Positions 38,882-52,560 of a DNA stretch of 64,000 nucleotides are shown here, one piece after another; positions within the stretch are counted from its first letter, which is position 1; every line of letters begins with the position of its first letter. Made by a program: the position numbers and the translations under genes. A model generated the notes under the pieces. It saw nothing but the letters and a program-made list of their open reading frames with translations, did no database searches and was not told where the DNA came from. Origin of the DNA: Ylistrum balloti (taxonomy: Eukaryota); NCBI RefSeq assembly GCF_031769215.1, contig NW_026782290.1, forward strand, positions 186,001-250,000, in the 5' to 3' direction.

Positions 38882-41800
38882 TATCACAACAACATTTTCT
38901 CTCTTCAATCACGAACTTTCACGGTGTAATTGCTTTGTGCTATAAAATTTACTATGTTATCGAGATTAAAGGTTATTTCGTTTCGTATTATCCAATGATT
39001 AAACATATCATTCTACATGAACAAATTTATCTTTTAAATCAATTTCACCGTTACATTTTATTAAGAAATCCGTGTCATTCATAACCGCTTTTTTTTCCTT
39101 TAGTTGGTATGAATACTCCTTACTTGATGATAGTTTAAAGAATGTTTTATATAGAAATACAGACTTAAGATCTCATAATTGTGTATAGAGTGCGGGTGAT
39201 TTTTTATTTTGATTTTTGATAAACCTTTTTGGAACGTTTCTGGAGCTTAAAAGAATTACAAATTACTATTATCTATTTTTTAAATATAAAACTATCTGTA
39301 ATAAGAACTTGTGCATGTCCTAACCCGAGGACAAAAACACTATTGTATACTATTGGCTGTGTACTTAGTTATGATCTATTGTGATAAATGCTTCAATTCT
39401 TATTCAAAAGTATAATTTATTTTTTTACAGAAATATATATGTTTTTTATCAATTTTTGATGATTGAAACGTAAATTGAAGAGCTGAAATTTGTTAAACAT
39501 AAAGTATATCTTGAGAAATTATAATAAGTATTTAATGTCCCTTTTATAACCTTTAATAACGTGTAATATAAAAAGGTACATTTATACAATTGTACAGCAT
39601 TTTTACAGAATTGACTATAAATATGTGTGTATATATATGTGTGTATATATATGTGATTTGTATAGCTAAGGAACCATTCAGTCTAAAACACAATGGTACC
39701 AGACACAATTGTCAGATCCAAATGCAAACATGTGTCATAATTAATTGTTACAACCTTTATCTAGTCTTTAACTTGTGATCCCCAGTGTTAATTATATATT
39801 TAGATATAAAAAAGATAATCAGCATGTCTGATGTCACCTGTGTGACGTAAAGTGTATTATTTCATGTAGCTATGTAATAAACAATCACGTGGTCTAAAAC
39901 AATGGTGTTAAGGTTTTTTTTCAGGTTTAATTTTGACACATTTTTTTACACGTGACATTGACTTAAAAAACGCTTAAAACATAAAAATACGGTAGTTTTG
40001 AAATTTTGCCTTCTTGGCGTAGAAAACGTAAAATACCAACAAACCAGATGTTGTGCATTGTAGAAATGAAATCACTTATACTTCGTATGAATTTCATTGT
40101 GAAAAAAACGATTTATTGCTAAAAAAAACCCCAAACAAACAAACAAAAAACAAACAAAAGAAGAAAAAAAAAGAAATAAAAAACAAGAAAATATCAACGT
40201 GTCAACATAAACTAAACTCAAATTCATTAAGACTAGGACAAAATATTCAGAAACAAATATTTACACAGAGACTCCAGAAAACGTACAAAGAGAATAAGAA
40301 CAGGTGTCGGATATGGTTTAAACAATATTTAGACAAAATGTACTTTTCAATCCATGAAATTTGAAATTCTACCAACAGAACATAAGCTATATTGTTTGTG
40401 AAGTATTCGCTTAGCGGTGAAAGGACTTATCATCTTTTTAATATGAATTATTCAACTCTTTAATTGAATATGCTCTACTTTTAGTCGTGTAATGAGGGGT
40501 ATTAAAGGCATAAGGAGGTAACAAAGATCCCACACTAAACATGTAGATTGGATGCTTGAAGTTATAAAGTTATAAAGCTTCACGGAAATCGGATTTAAAA
40601 ATTAGTTGAAAAAGGTCTATGATTAGTCCAAAAAGTCTAGAATATCTTAACACTCTACAGTTGTTTCTCGTATAAATAAATTTCAAATAATTTATATTAA
40701 TGTTCTTCTAAAGTTATCAGAGATATAAAATTTACTGAATTATAGTCTAGTGAACCTACAATCCAGATTTTGACATTTCTTTCAATCACTTGATTTTCCT
40801 CAGTTGCCGCCAAGGTTTAGACCCTTAGCATCATTGACGAGTCCTACGGCAAAACAGCTGTATGATGTAGTAGAATAAACTCAAGCTTCACAGTATCTCA
40901 CTTAAAATTTGTATTAAAAGGTGTTATTCACTTGTGTGTCTTTTGTACCATCTTATATGCTAATTATACAACAAAATACAGAATATAAGCTGAACATCAG
41001 AAGTTGAGATTTAACACAAAGAAAAATGGTACCATCTTCATTTGATGATGAAAGTAAGGTAACCATTGATGAACATATTTTATATTTACTCACAAGCAAA
41101 GTGTTATTTGGTGTTTGAAGTGGTTCTCTCCCCTTCAACAATGAAGCGGACACATTCTAGATCTGTATTTTGGCAGCATAACGAACTAGAAAAGATTTTA
41201 TACTGAATATCACATAGTTTAGAGCCTAAGATGATTTTCGTTTTTTGATGATGTGAAAAAGTATGAAAATTTTATTTTGTTTTTGTTTTTGTTTTCTAAA
41301 TTAGATGACAAGAGTCAATTTAAATTCATTTCAAAATGTCTTGACCCGGAGTTTTATCTTAACAATTGCGTTTATGTATAGAAGGAGAAATTGTCTTTCA
41401 ACTTGTTATATTTAAGCAACTGTTTGGCTGGGCATCTTTTATTTATAAATTAATATTAAAATTTGTAAAATAAATGAATCGAACTTTGAACGTCCCAGCT
41501 GATCCTAACCATATTTGGACCGATAGTGTTAGAATGATTATATATATATATATACCCTATAATAGCTACCTGGTCAGTAAGTACAATTCCATAGAGTGAC
41601 CATCATCGAAATATCGTCATGCTCTAATGACCATGGTATATATATGTACTTTGCGAATTCACACGAACAGAATTATGGACGTATATGTGTGTGTATAGTA
41701 AGTGTTAATGATCCACTTTGTTCTATTGCACCACGACCTTTAAACAATCTATCTCTACCAAGCAATCTAGGTGGTTGTGAAGCGTATAAATAAACTGTTT

Positions 41801-41899
41801 GATAGGTTAGATACATGTCTTAAGCACAATGAAATCCAAGTCGTAAAGATTGATCCCGTCCAGAAAGATCTGAATCATAGCCATCACATAGAGCAGAAA

Positions 41900-44330
41900 A
41901 TGAAAAACATCGACGTTGATAACTGTGTGGTCCCATAAAATGGAAAAGGGAACCCAGACCATGATTGATAAGAATGGCAAAATTCTAGTCTTGTCTGGAT
42001 CATAACAACGCTAATGTGACCAATACTTAAAGCTGCTGAAGACAAACATTCAGTTGACACCACCATAAATCTGGACAAATTACAAGACCTCTGATAATTT
42101 TTGAGAGAAATAGACACAAGGATCTTGTGATAGACTTACAAAGAAAACCTTCAAATCTATTAGCTAAAGGAGGAACATCCAGGTGAGGACCCTGAAGTTT
42201 AACTGTGTGATTTCAAATATTTATGAGCTCGGCATTGTTGGCAAGGTCTTGAACTGCAAGCATCGACCTTTCGAAGCTGGAATTGTTTAGTACAAGGGCC
42301 TGAAACTAGTCCGAGACAGGTCATTGAAAATCACAGGCTCCGGATATTGAATTAATGAACAGTTTCCTGCGAAAATTGAGGACAAAAATCGCGAGTTGTG
42401 CCCTATGCTCAGGCAGTGCGAAAGTGTCAAGTTGATATGTAATGGGCTTTCCTTCAATTGAAGGCTCTACCATGGTGTCCCTGTAGAGAATGCGACAGGA
42501 GCTGTAACCAGACTCCGTTCCTCACAGAATGAAGCCAGATAGCAGTCGTACCTGGATGATTGAGAGCGGGCGCCAACTTCCGGCCAACGCCATTCAAAGT
42601 GACGAGGTAGATTCACACCTATACGGAGTTCGTGATTGGGGAGGGGATTTACTTTCTGAATGACTTTCAAACAGATGCATGTGTGCGCTATGGTGGGTTT
42701 GTGCTACTAATCCGCAATGGCATTTTAAATTTGTAAATGTTATAAATGTTTTGTTTGACGCACTTGTACCATTGAATATTCTGAATCCAGAAATGTGATT
42801 GTTGTAGGTGAATTCAACAATCGTACCCGTGCGTCTAAAAATTTTATTTCATTCGAAAATTTACATAAAGGTTAACTTTTAAATGTTGAAGCTCTGTTTA
42901 ACTATTGTATTCATAGTAATGAAAAAAGGTTTATACGCCTTTAAGAAAAAGGCAGACGAAGGAATAAATTAATTTAGTATAATTGTAATCCTGGGGTTTA
43001 CGGTTTACCCATTTTAAGTGGTAGATATTTTAACGATTTCTCTGGCGATTGTTCTATAAACAGTAAAATTGACACGAGTGTTGAACTTTTTCACCGTGCC
43101 TCTTTGTACATTGGAATTCTTTGAAATGTCTCTGCCAAGGAGGTATAAGCTTACGATGATGACTTTCAAGATAGACCCGTGTTTACGTGGAGGGTGCAGT
43201 TTCTACTCCAATTTATTGATTTTGTTGGAGATAACTGAGATTTATGTAAAGGAACCGATTTTAATCAATTAAGATTTATAAATTCTTGTGTGTGTAAGTT
43301 TACTGATGTCCCACTAGAGACTATGATTTCATTTTCTCTGAGAAAACCACAAAAAACACGACTGTTACCCATTTTAACCCAAACACCAATACTTTTACTA
43401 GTCCAGATGAAAAAAGCCACTTTACTGATAGCTTTAAAGTGATGTTTAAGCAATGTGAATCAATATTGAAAAATGTAGCTCGACACATGCCACTCTGATA
43501 AATAAGAAAGGAGGTGAAAAAAGTTAAAGAGGTACCTAATGTGTTATGTTGGATTTTAAGGGAAAACACAACTCTAAGTCTTTTTATAAAAGAGGGGGCA
43601 GATAAAAGGTAATACATAATTGTTGAATTATTTCAGAAAGCGTGTGCATGACAATACTAATTCAGTTCTTCTAGACGACTTTAGTTTTATTGACATCAAT
43701 ACCGTATTTCATAACGGAAATTGAGATGTGGTAAATCATACGGACATGGCGAAATTGCGAATTAATTCTTCCAGCTTATCCATAATGTCTACTAGAATAC
43801 AATTATTTCTAATTCGTCATGAATCATACTTATTCCTGTGCACAAGAAAGGCATCCATAATGACCATAATAACGTTTTACCTCTGTACAAAATAAAGCTA
43901 TGACGTATCTATGAAATATCACATTTTCACTTAATGCACAATTTGGATTTTGTTCGTACTATTGATGCAATTGTCGCTTTGCACTCCATCGAAGCATGTA
44001 TGTTGTTGTATATATGGTGCAAGCTGACCTAATTAGATTTTATATTCGAAGGGAAATGCGTAATCCTACATTAAATCATTGTATAAATCAGGTTTAAAAA
44101 TCTTGTTTCACAATTAATGATAAATGTTCCAATTATTTTGAAAACAATATTGGATGAGCGGAAGGGGAATTGTTATCTCTGACATGGTTTCCACTTTCTG
44201 CTAATGATTTTGGAATGTCATATATCGCATATGGCGAAACGAATCACGACTTAGAGAGAATTAAGTCTATTATTGATATATACCGATGACTTATTTTTTC
44301 ATAACTATTGAGTCTCTTGGGTTGTCTTTG
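41900..44330 (+). mobile_element. Heavily decayed non-LTR retrotransposon (ORF1 + AP endonuclease + RT remnants; clade CR1/L2/RTEX not resolved)
   Basis: Motifs in order: LKITGSGY*INEQFPAKIEDKNRELCP (ORF1, about 42325-42480), IVVGEFNNRT (EN, about 42800), LIPVHKKGIHNDHNN (about 43830), TIDAIVALHSI, FENNIG*AEG.LLS (cf GVRQGENLSP), LIYTDD (cf LYADD, about 44280). Confidence 0.75.
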
Positions 44331-44340
44331 TAATTATCTA

Positions 44341-44736
44341 ACAAAATGCAAATGGATAGTAACACAAAATGGACATGAACAGTAACACAAAATGGAAATT
44401 AACAGTAACACAAAATGGAAATGAACAGTAACACAAAATGGAAATGGACAGTAACACAAAATGGACAGTAACACAAAATGTAAATGGACAGTAACACAAA
44501 ATGGACAGTAACACAAAATGGACAGTAACACAAAATGGAAATGAACAGTAACACAAAATGGAAATGGACAGTAACACAAAATGGAAATGGACAGTAACAC
44601 AAAATGGAAATGGACAGTAACACAAAATGTAAATGGACAGTAACACAAAATGGAAATGGACAGTAACACAAAATGGAAATGGACAGTAACACAAAATGTA
44701 AATGAACAGTAACACAAAATGGAAATGGACAGTAAC
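44341..44736. repeat. 17/23-bp minisatellite (ACAGTAACACAAAATGG with or without AAATGG)
   Basis: Seen directly. It starts about 50 nt after the YADD-like motif of the decayed LINE. Confidence 0.95.
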
Positions 44737-47700
44737 CACAGTGTAGATCAATTTTGTATTTTGAAAAGGAGGTAGTTTACACGAACGTGAAACAGCAGTT
44801 GATTTCTTTAGTTGTCTGGGAATGAAGCTTTCAATTCAATAATAGATTCCACCAAATACAGGAACAGTTACCCGAACAGGGCGTAACGCCATGTAGTTGT
44901 AAAGCATGTGATTGTTTCAACTTTGTAAATAATGTTAACAGTGTTATTTTTCTCTCGATTTCGAATATGTATGACCAACATTTACCATTGGCGACGATGA
45001 TGATGATGATGATGATGACGTCAGCAGATCCTCCAAGACACAGGATGCCCTTTTCCTTCAAACCTGCCACTTTCCTATACTGCAGCGACAACGGTACGTT
45101 ATATTCTCCTTCACTAAGGATTGTTGCCAAGCTCGCCAACACACTGCGAGGCAGATCATCAGTAGCCGCAATAACTGCATGGTAACATGACTTTCACAAA
45201 GACTTAGCAGTTGTGGTGAGTACCACTTTCATCTTTGTGATCGTGATCTGATGACGAACCTGAGAATGTCCTTTACGAACAGAAAAAACAATGCCAAAGC
45301 TAAACAAATCATTTTTCTAATACTACGATAAAGAGGAAATCTTACGACCGACTAACCATCCAACTGACCATCAATTGACCGGATGTGAAAATAACATGAC
45401 CTCGGAATATCACCTTTCTATCTCCAATCATGACTATTATCCAATTCCAGTCACGTCCAAGCATACTGATGGTCACACAACCTGCAGTTGGAGTGAGGAT
45501 GAGAAACCTTTCGTCGGAGCAAGAATGGGAACAGCCTCAGAGAATGCGTTTCTGTTCATATCTATCATGCGAGACTTACTTTATTTTAAATTTGTTGTCC
45601 TGTTTATATTATACAGACGTATATTTTTAGCATTACAGGTAAAAAAAAAGAATATCTCCTCTATAAAAATGTGAACCCTACCTTTGATACAGTAGACCAT
45701 AAGAGCATGAGTGACTTAAATCGTTATGTCTCATCGGAATGAACTGTTCACCTGTCATTCAAAATTACGGCATGATGGAGCTCGGGTAGACATGGTCGTT
45801 CTACAGGATAAAATATATACTCTTAAATATGAATCAGATGGTTACATGTACTTCAGAATTTCAGTAGTCTCCCACATAGAATCTTCCAGGTAAATTTCAA
45901 CGCGCCATGTCATTGAAGTCGGATTGGCCACGACCAACATCTTGGTGTAATCAATAGTCTCGACTGTATTTTGAAGTATTTTCTGTTTCCCGTTTAAATG
46001 CATCCATAATAAATGGAAATAATGATAAGTATTACAGCTTTGAGACAGAAGACAGAAAAAAAAATCTCCAACTCGGTCCCTATCAGTTGTCAAGCATATC
46101 GCTTTACCAACTGAAAGAGTGAACCGAAGGGAAATAACTCTTGAAGTTCATAAGAATGATAGACTACAGAGTTTTTCACTATAATTTATTCTGGTTCAGA
46201 TGCTGATATTTCATTCATCAAGATCTGATGTTTGTAACACCAAAGCCTGATGTATCACACACACGATTGATTAAAATCACATAAAATAATATCAATATGG
46301 GGGACATAGCGATACAGTCATTACTGGGAAGACTTACATTTATAATGATTTAATTATGTACACATCAGTTTGAAAGGGAGATAACTGTAGCCGTTAACAA
46401 AAATATGAAAGGAAAATAACTTTTGTAAACAGAATACAAAATTGAAGAATAAATTATATTCTTTCAGCTTTTCTCTTGACGTGAACATTTTCCGATAACA
46501 CTATTAACATACGACTCTTCATGGCTTACTGCACATACATGTTGTAAGAAAACCTCACCCGGTCACAATATACTCGGTCTTAAAAGATGGTTTCGGTTTA
46601 TATTATATTTGAAAAGAAAAAAAAAAATGGCTGAACGTGTACGAAATTTGTGTTTAAATTAAAGTTATAAAACCATTGGCGGTCTCATAAATTGTGTCGG
46701 AATTACGTAATTAAATATTCATCACATTAATTAGTTAGCATTCTCAAAGGAGAAGTCTGTGTAATCAAATATTTTAATCCCACAAAAACATGATGATGGA
46801 GTGTTGAGATAAAATTCCTAGTCGGTGACTAAATCACTTATAACTATATGCTAATTAATGATTTGTCAGTGTTTTATGATGAAGAAAGAACAGACGAGAA
46901 TGCTGTTAAATGTCGACTGCACTCAGTCATGTTGTCTCACTCACTCCTGCTGCCTGCAATAGCTGATATATAACATTGCTACCACGACTTTATTAGTTCA
47001 ACGATAGCGTTATTGCTGTTCTTAAACATCCATCCAAATATAGACTTTAATTCTGAGACCAAAATTGATCTACAGCAGCATTCATATCTTTTAAAAAAAA
47101 TTTATATAAGAAATAACCAAAATATTGCTTTTCAATCATGAACTACAGGGGTTGAAATAATTTAATCCCTAGAAACGCTTGGTCTTAACATCACACCGAT
47201 GAAATAGATTTCGTATATATATTGGCAGAGCTTTACTTTTATTGAAGATCAATATAGATTTACAATTTAAAACCTTCTCCTTGTAAGATCTACTTTGTAA
47301 AGGGGTAGATTTCCTCGCTTGTCTGTACTGTTGTTTCCACTCCATCGATCATAAATACGATTCGATTTTTGTTAGGATCCAGAACCAAATGTTGGACCAT
47401 ACCGTCGGTATTACTTATTAGACCCTATGTTATGGATTTATTGACATACCTTTGTATTTATTTGTTAACATTTTTTTTTATTTAGAATCTAATTATGTCC
47501 ATTGTTTTTGATAAGATCAACAGAAAGTTTGAAAAAGCAATCTCAAAGAGTTTCGTCTACAATCAAAATTTTAAAACACTTCAAATCAAAACGATCAAAT
47601 TATACTGGACTTTGCATCAGAATATATAGTTGTACATCAAAATATGCCTACAGGTATTGGCATCTGTCTACAACATTCAGAACGATCGTTAAGCCTTGAC

Positions 47701-48784
47701 GAAATAAAAACAAATGTTTTGTTAATAAGCAAAAGTATGTGTGACACAAAATAATTACGGCGCGTTCCATCAAACAAATTGAGAAGAATCGGAAACATAA
47801 ATAACTATGGCTGATAAAAGCTTGTACATTAAAGCAGGCAAGAATTCAGCTGATTTACCTACCTGAAGGAAACAGTTATTCAAAAGTTGGCTACTATCAT
47901 GTAGGATAGTTGCTTCTGTATTTTTTTTTTAATTTTGTATATTCTCACCTAGATGTGAAAAATAAAGGCATAAGCATGATTGTTTTCTTGGTGAATACAT
48001 ATATATTTATGTTTAAGGATAAGCTCCCATGAGTTCATGATAGCAGCTAGTAATTGGTGAAGCGAAAACTGAAAAAGCAAATTCCAGCTCACGAAACGTA
48101 TTTATTACCTCTTAATGTTTATTTGTGTTTAAAAATACTGTAATATCGAACATCATGACTGGAATCAACTTCTAAATTGCTATGTGGGGTCTAATTTGAA
48201 ATCGATACTGATGACAATTCATAAAACATCCTACAGGAAACGAGAACTCGTAAATGAAATCCTAAATACAGTATAGTAATTGGACAAATAATGAAAATAA
48301 ATGAGGAGTAGAAGACACTATGACGCGCCATCCTGTACAGAAAAATAGTCAACGAGCAAGTGTTTGTATGAAGGGTAAGAGGTTCTGGCCTCAGGGTGCT
48401 GTTCTCTAACTTGCTATTTGAGCTCCGTCATTGCATTTACTTGGGAGTACAATCATATTTAGTATGTTTAAATGTTTACTGGCATAAAACCAGCAATTTC
48501 ATTTGGGAGTTATTTGTTGTAAACTCCAACCTGATTGAAACATGAAAACGTATGGTATGTAATGTCGCGTGGTTTCCAATCCAGCTTTTAAAGACCGCTT
48601 GATATTTTCGTGACAAACGGAAAACTTTCTTTTGACTAAGATTCACGGAATTTTCATGCGTCACGCAATATCCGTACTGGCACTTCATCAGAGTCTTCTT
48701 GGTACTTTATGACAGTTGCGCATGCGTATTTGATCGCGATCGATCATGTTGGGCACTTCAGTTGGAGCAGGGAGAAATTTCTAA

Positions 48785-50244
48785 TCACATGTACGTGTTT
48801 GGAAAATTAGATTCGTTCCCGTCTCGTTCCATCAATCTTTGGTAATCTACAAATATAATATAAAGCTAAATCAAATTTCGACATCGTTCCTTTGTGTAAT
48901 GACGTATGACAGATATGGATCGGCTAATGTTAAACCAATACACCGCATGACTCTACCGTTAATTCAATGTCGTACACTGTACAAAAGAGTCATGGAAACA
49001 CGACACGAACAGAAGAGCACTCTAGAAATGATATCTTTTACAAGGATTACTTATTTTGATCACCTGTAGACTTTCATTCTATAAAAGAAACGAACATCTT
49101 CAATAATATTTCTTGCCTGCATTGACATCAAAAATAGATCCAGGATTCCCGGGGGTCGACTTCCGGCGCGTGCAAATGACGCAGACTCCAATGACAAAGA
49201 TTAAAATACCCACACCAATGGCACTGCCGACAATCACTTCCGCAATCGTGGTGGCGTTCCTGGCAACGGCAGAAAGTTTAATATGCTGAAGTGATCAGAG
49301 ATACAAAAAGATATCGGCCTAATAGCACATGCATTAATTTTGCAATATGTTTGTCTGATCCATAGTTATCAATGAAATATAAACATGGTTGTACTATATC
49401 AATGTGTTTGTGTGAGGATCCATGGCGTGTGCATGTCTACCGTAAATAAAATTCAAACAGTGAGGAAACACATGAGTTGATAACAGGTTTATATTAACAT
49501 TTCCGGTGTGTATTCTGTATTAAGCCTTGCTTGCCGACAAAATGGACGTGAACCCTTCGTCAAACGTCAAGTCCGACAACTTTTACCACCAAAATGGGAT
49601 CCGTTATTTTGTTTTCTTACAGTTGTCGGACTTTTCCATCAGTGCGTATAGCGTTCAATGATTTCCCTTTTTGGAGTTTACTGATATACATCTCAGTAAA
49701 CAACAACAAACGGAAAATACATCCTAAGTAAAGCACATAGTATTTGATGACGCATCTGCATGGTACACAACATTTGTTTACGTATTTGTAAAACACAAAT
49801 AAGTTGATTACGCGCTATTAAGGCACACAAGAATCATTAGATGACGTATATATAATATATAAAATTCAATGACATAGTCCACGATAAAGCACACAAAAAT
49901 TGATGACGTAATCGACTAAATGATTCTTTTGATAGGAACACAGAAAATGAGTAAACATTTGAATATATTGTACAATAATCCAAATAATCAAAGTAATAAG
50001 TTAATTTTGATGATAAAGTAATCTTGGTGGGGGAGATCGAGAGAAATCGTTAATACTAGCGGGAAAAAAATGTTAAAGATGTATAGGGGACATTATTGAT
50101 AAGTAACGCATAGACATGTTTAAAAGGTGTGGCATACTTACAGTGGACAACAGTATCGGTAGTCCTGGTGTTCACAACATCCCTTTTCACAGTACGTCAC
50201 AAGGCCGTCGTTCATCGTGCAGTTGCTTCCGCACAAAGCGCACA
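48785..50244 (-). CDS. Second Shisa-like/CYYR1-type single-pass membrane protein; exons 50244-50142, 49259-49117, 48846-48785; signal-peptide exon not located
   Basis: Spliced: xCALCGSNCTMNDGLVTYCEKGCCEHQDYRYCCPL|NATTIAEVIVGSAIGVGILIFVIGVCVICTRRKSTPGNPGSIFDVNA|DYQRLMERDGNESNFPNTYM*. It has the C..C..CC..CC pattern and a TM segment followed by CxxC and RRK. The phases (1,2,1) match the plus-strand paralog. The donor after the TM exon is AG|GCAAGA (GC-AG). Confidence 0.78.
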
Positions 50245-51518
50245 CTGAAACATTAAATAGTATAAATGATAATAAATACCAAAACAAAACATTCGAAGTT
50301 CATTCTCCATCCAGAAGTAACATTATTGGTACAATTATACCAGAACCTTAAATCAGATAGTACAGCATCCTGACATCAAATTGACATTGGAGAGTATTGC
50401 TTTACTAGTGTTAAATCTACATTGATACCGAAAATTAAAACATCCGACAATACAATTAAACCGGAAACTAATAGATATTACTGTTAGACCAAAAACTAAC
50501 ATTCGGGCAAGTTATACCGAAAACCATTGCTCCATTCAAACCAGACATTTGAGAGCACAGATAATCTGAGAGTAACGAATTTCCTGGCACCTAAGAGAAC
50601 AGTTTATGGAATAGTTGTACCGAAATCTGACATTTGAGAGCATAACTATACTACGTGTCAAATCCGAACCAACACTGATGCCGAAACAACATTCGGCGCT
50701 ATATTTAAACCGGAAGCTAGCAGTCGATAGTACAGAAAGACCGATAACATCCGGGTTAGTTGTACCGAAAACTGTTATTCGTGGCTGCATTCATACAGAA
50801 AACTAACATTGGAGGGCACAGATAATCTGAGTGTAAAGAAAGTTTCCATCAAACAATTACACCCGAGGCCAAAGTTAGACCGAAACTTACATCCGGGCGA
50901 CAGTTAGATAGAGAAGACAGATAGAGACTTAGCCTATTAATTTTTTTATTCATTTCCATCTTTTATAGTGAATATAACTTATAAAAAAAGTCACAAAAGA
51001 TAAAAAGAACTATATCGATTGCTTATTGGAATACTGACAGTAATCAATATTTAGCGGTGAACTGATTTAGTTAAAATTTGACAAGTGTGTGTTGTAACTT
51101 AAATGCAGTATTACAGAGCAGATTATTGCGTGGTGATATAAATGTAAGACAGACAAACCTACCCTTACAAAGAAGGAAATTAAAACCACATGCCAATCAT
51201 TATTTTATCTATTCTAAAAATTTTTAAACATTTGCATTTGTAGATAAGCATTAACTAAACCACTTACTTAAGCTTGATACGTTATAGATTGTCATCCATT
51301 TCTTACTTCGTACACATACAATATTTGATAAAGATTTTGATATTTTGACTATTATAGCAAAGTTCAACATTTCAACATCCATATCATTTAGTTTAATTCA
51401 ATCTTTATTTTGTGTGTAGAAAATACATAGAACAAATATAACGATGAAAACATGTCCTTAAATTTAACTAGGAGAAGAACCAAGTCTTGTTTTAAGAAAA
51501 CTTAACTAGACGAAGACT

Positions 51519-51803
51519 AGGGCCCGTATTCATGAAACTTTTCTCATGCTCAAGCATAGATTTTTTACGGGCCCTGATCTTTATTGAGGTAAACTTAACT
51601 AGGAGACAAGGTCTTGTGAGTAAGTTAAACCTAACCAGGAGAAGACCAGATTTTGTGTTAAGTTAACTTAAATAGGCGAAGACCAGTGCCCGTATTCCTG
51701 AGACCGTATTATTTCATATTAATTAGGTGAATTATAAAAAAGTTTGCTTGAGCACAAAATCTATGCTTGAGCATGAGAATGGTTTCATGAATACGGGCCC
51801 TGG
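51519..51803. mobile_element. Two short GGGCCCGTATTC-ended MITE derivatives (PIF/Harbinger-like) inside a ~37-bp tandem repeat
   Basis: 46-nt inverted repeat, 51519-51564 vs 51756-51801, 44/46 identical. Element 1 is about 51520-51574 and element 2 about 51686-51800. Both are flanked by CWG-like triplets. Confidence 0.75.
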
Positions 51804-52289
51804 TTTTGATAGCGTTTAACTCATCCTTACTACAATAAATGTAAGTATATAAGTAGCAGATTATTGATTATGACGTTAAATCACTCCAGGGATTACAATT
51901 GATGACTTACATATCAACATACATCAACATGCCGTCGAAATGAAGACATATTCTTGTCATGTTAAGTAAAACATATTGCTTATGATTACAATATCACTTA
52001 TATAGGTTAAATACAAAGTAAAAAACACTCTTGCTTTTTAAAAAAAAAAACTTTTCAAAATATGATTCATCCATATAAAACAACGACTAAGCAACCATTT
52101 CAGAAAATATCCTGACATATCATAAGATTTGAGCGTTTCAATGAAACCCTCATGTGAAACTTTGTTAAATTCCTTCGATATAATACAAAAGATAGTTCAG
52201 ATATGCTTATTGTCCTCCTGTTGTTACAAAGTGTAATGCTTTGACCTAAATCAAGGTTGCCAGCTGACAGCTGTGGTCATCTAAGGATA

Positions 52290-52560
52290 GTCTCCCAATG
52301 TAGGCTAGGCGTATGAAGGCTGCGGTCGATATGTGTATTTTGACTTCCTTGTGAAAGTGCAAGTTCAGTAGGATTTATAGTTGTATCACACCGAAGTAAA
52401 ATGCCCAACCCCCCATTCAGGATACACCTTAAATCACATTAAACTGACACCGGGCAAACCAGTCGTTACACGTTCTGAGCTTAGAGTAGTAACTACCATT
52501 TTAAAGACTCTGGTACGTCTCTGCTAGGGAACATAACCCAAAAAACTCTTCACAGCAGGG
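52290..52560 (-). mobile_element. Decayed Meta-domain SINE remnant
   Basis: TCACATTAAACTGACACCGGGCAAACCAGTC and ACTACCATTTTAAAGACTCTGGTA resemble the recalled bivalve MetaSINE consensus. A shorter related piece (CACCCGGTCACAATATACT) lies near 46557. Confidence 0.5.

Noticed and set aside
44334-44751. Hydrophobic Cys-rich minus-strand ORFs
   Set aside because: These are translations of the 17/23-bp repeat.
44831-45290. GC-richer block with a (GAT)n tract as an exon or a selenocysteine-containing Shisa paralog (SYCGY**)
   Set aside because: That frame has many further stops, and no frame gives a coherent signal/Cys/TM model.
51140-51290. Candidate signal-peptide exons for the 48.8-50.2 kb gene
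   Set aside because: One has an in-frame stop and no ATG; the other (MTIYNVSSL) is too short and polar. The first exon is left unassigned.
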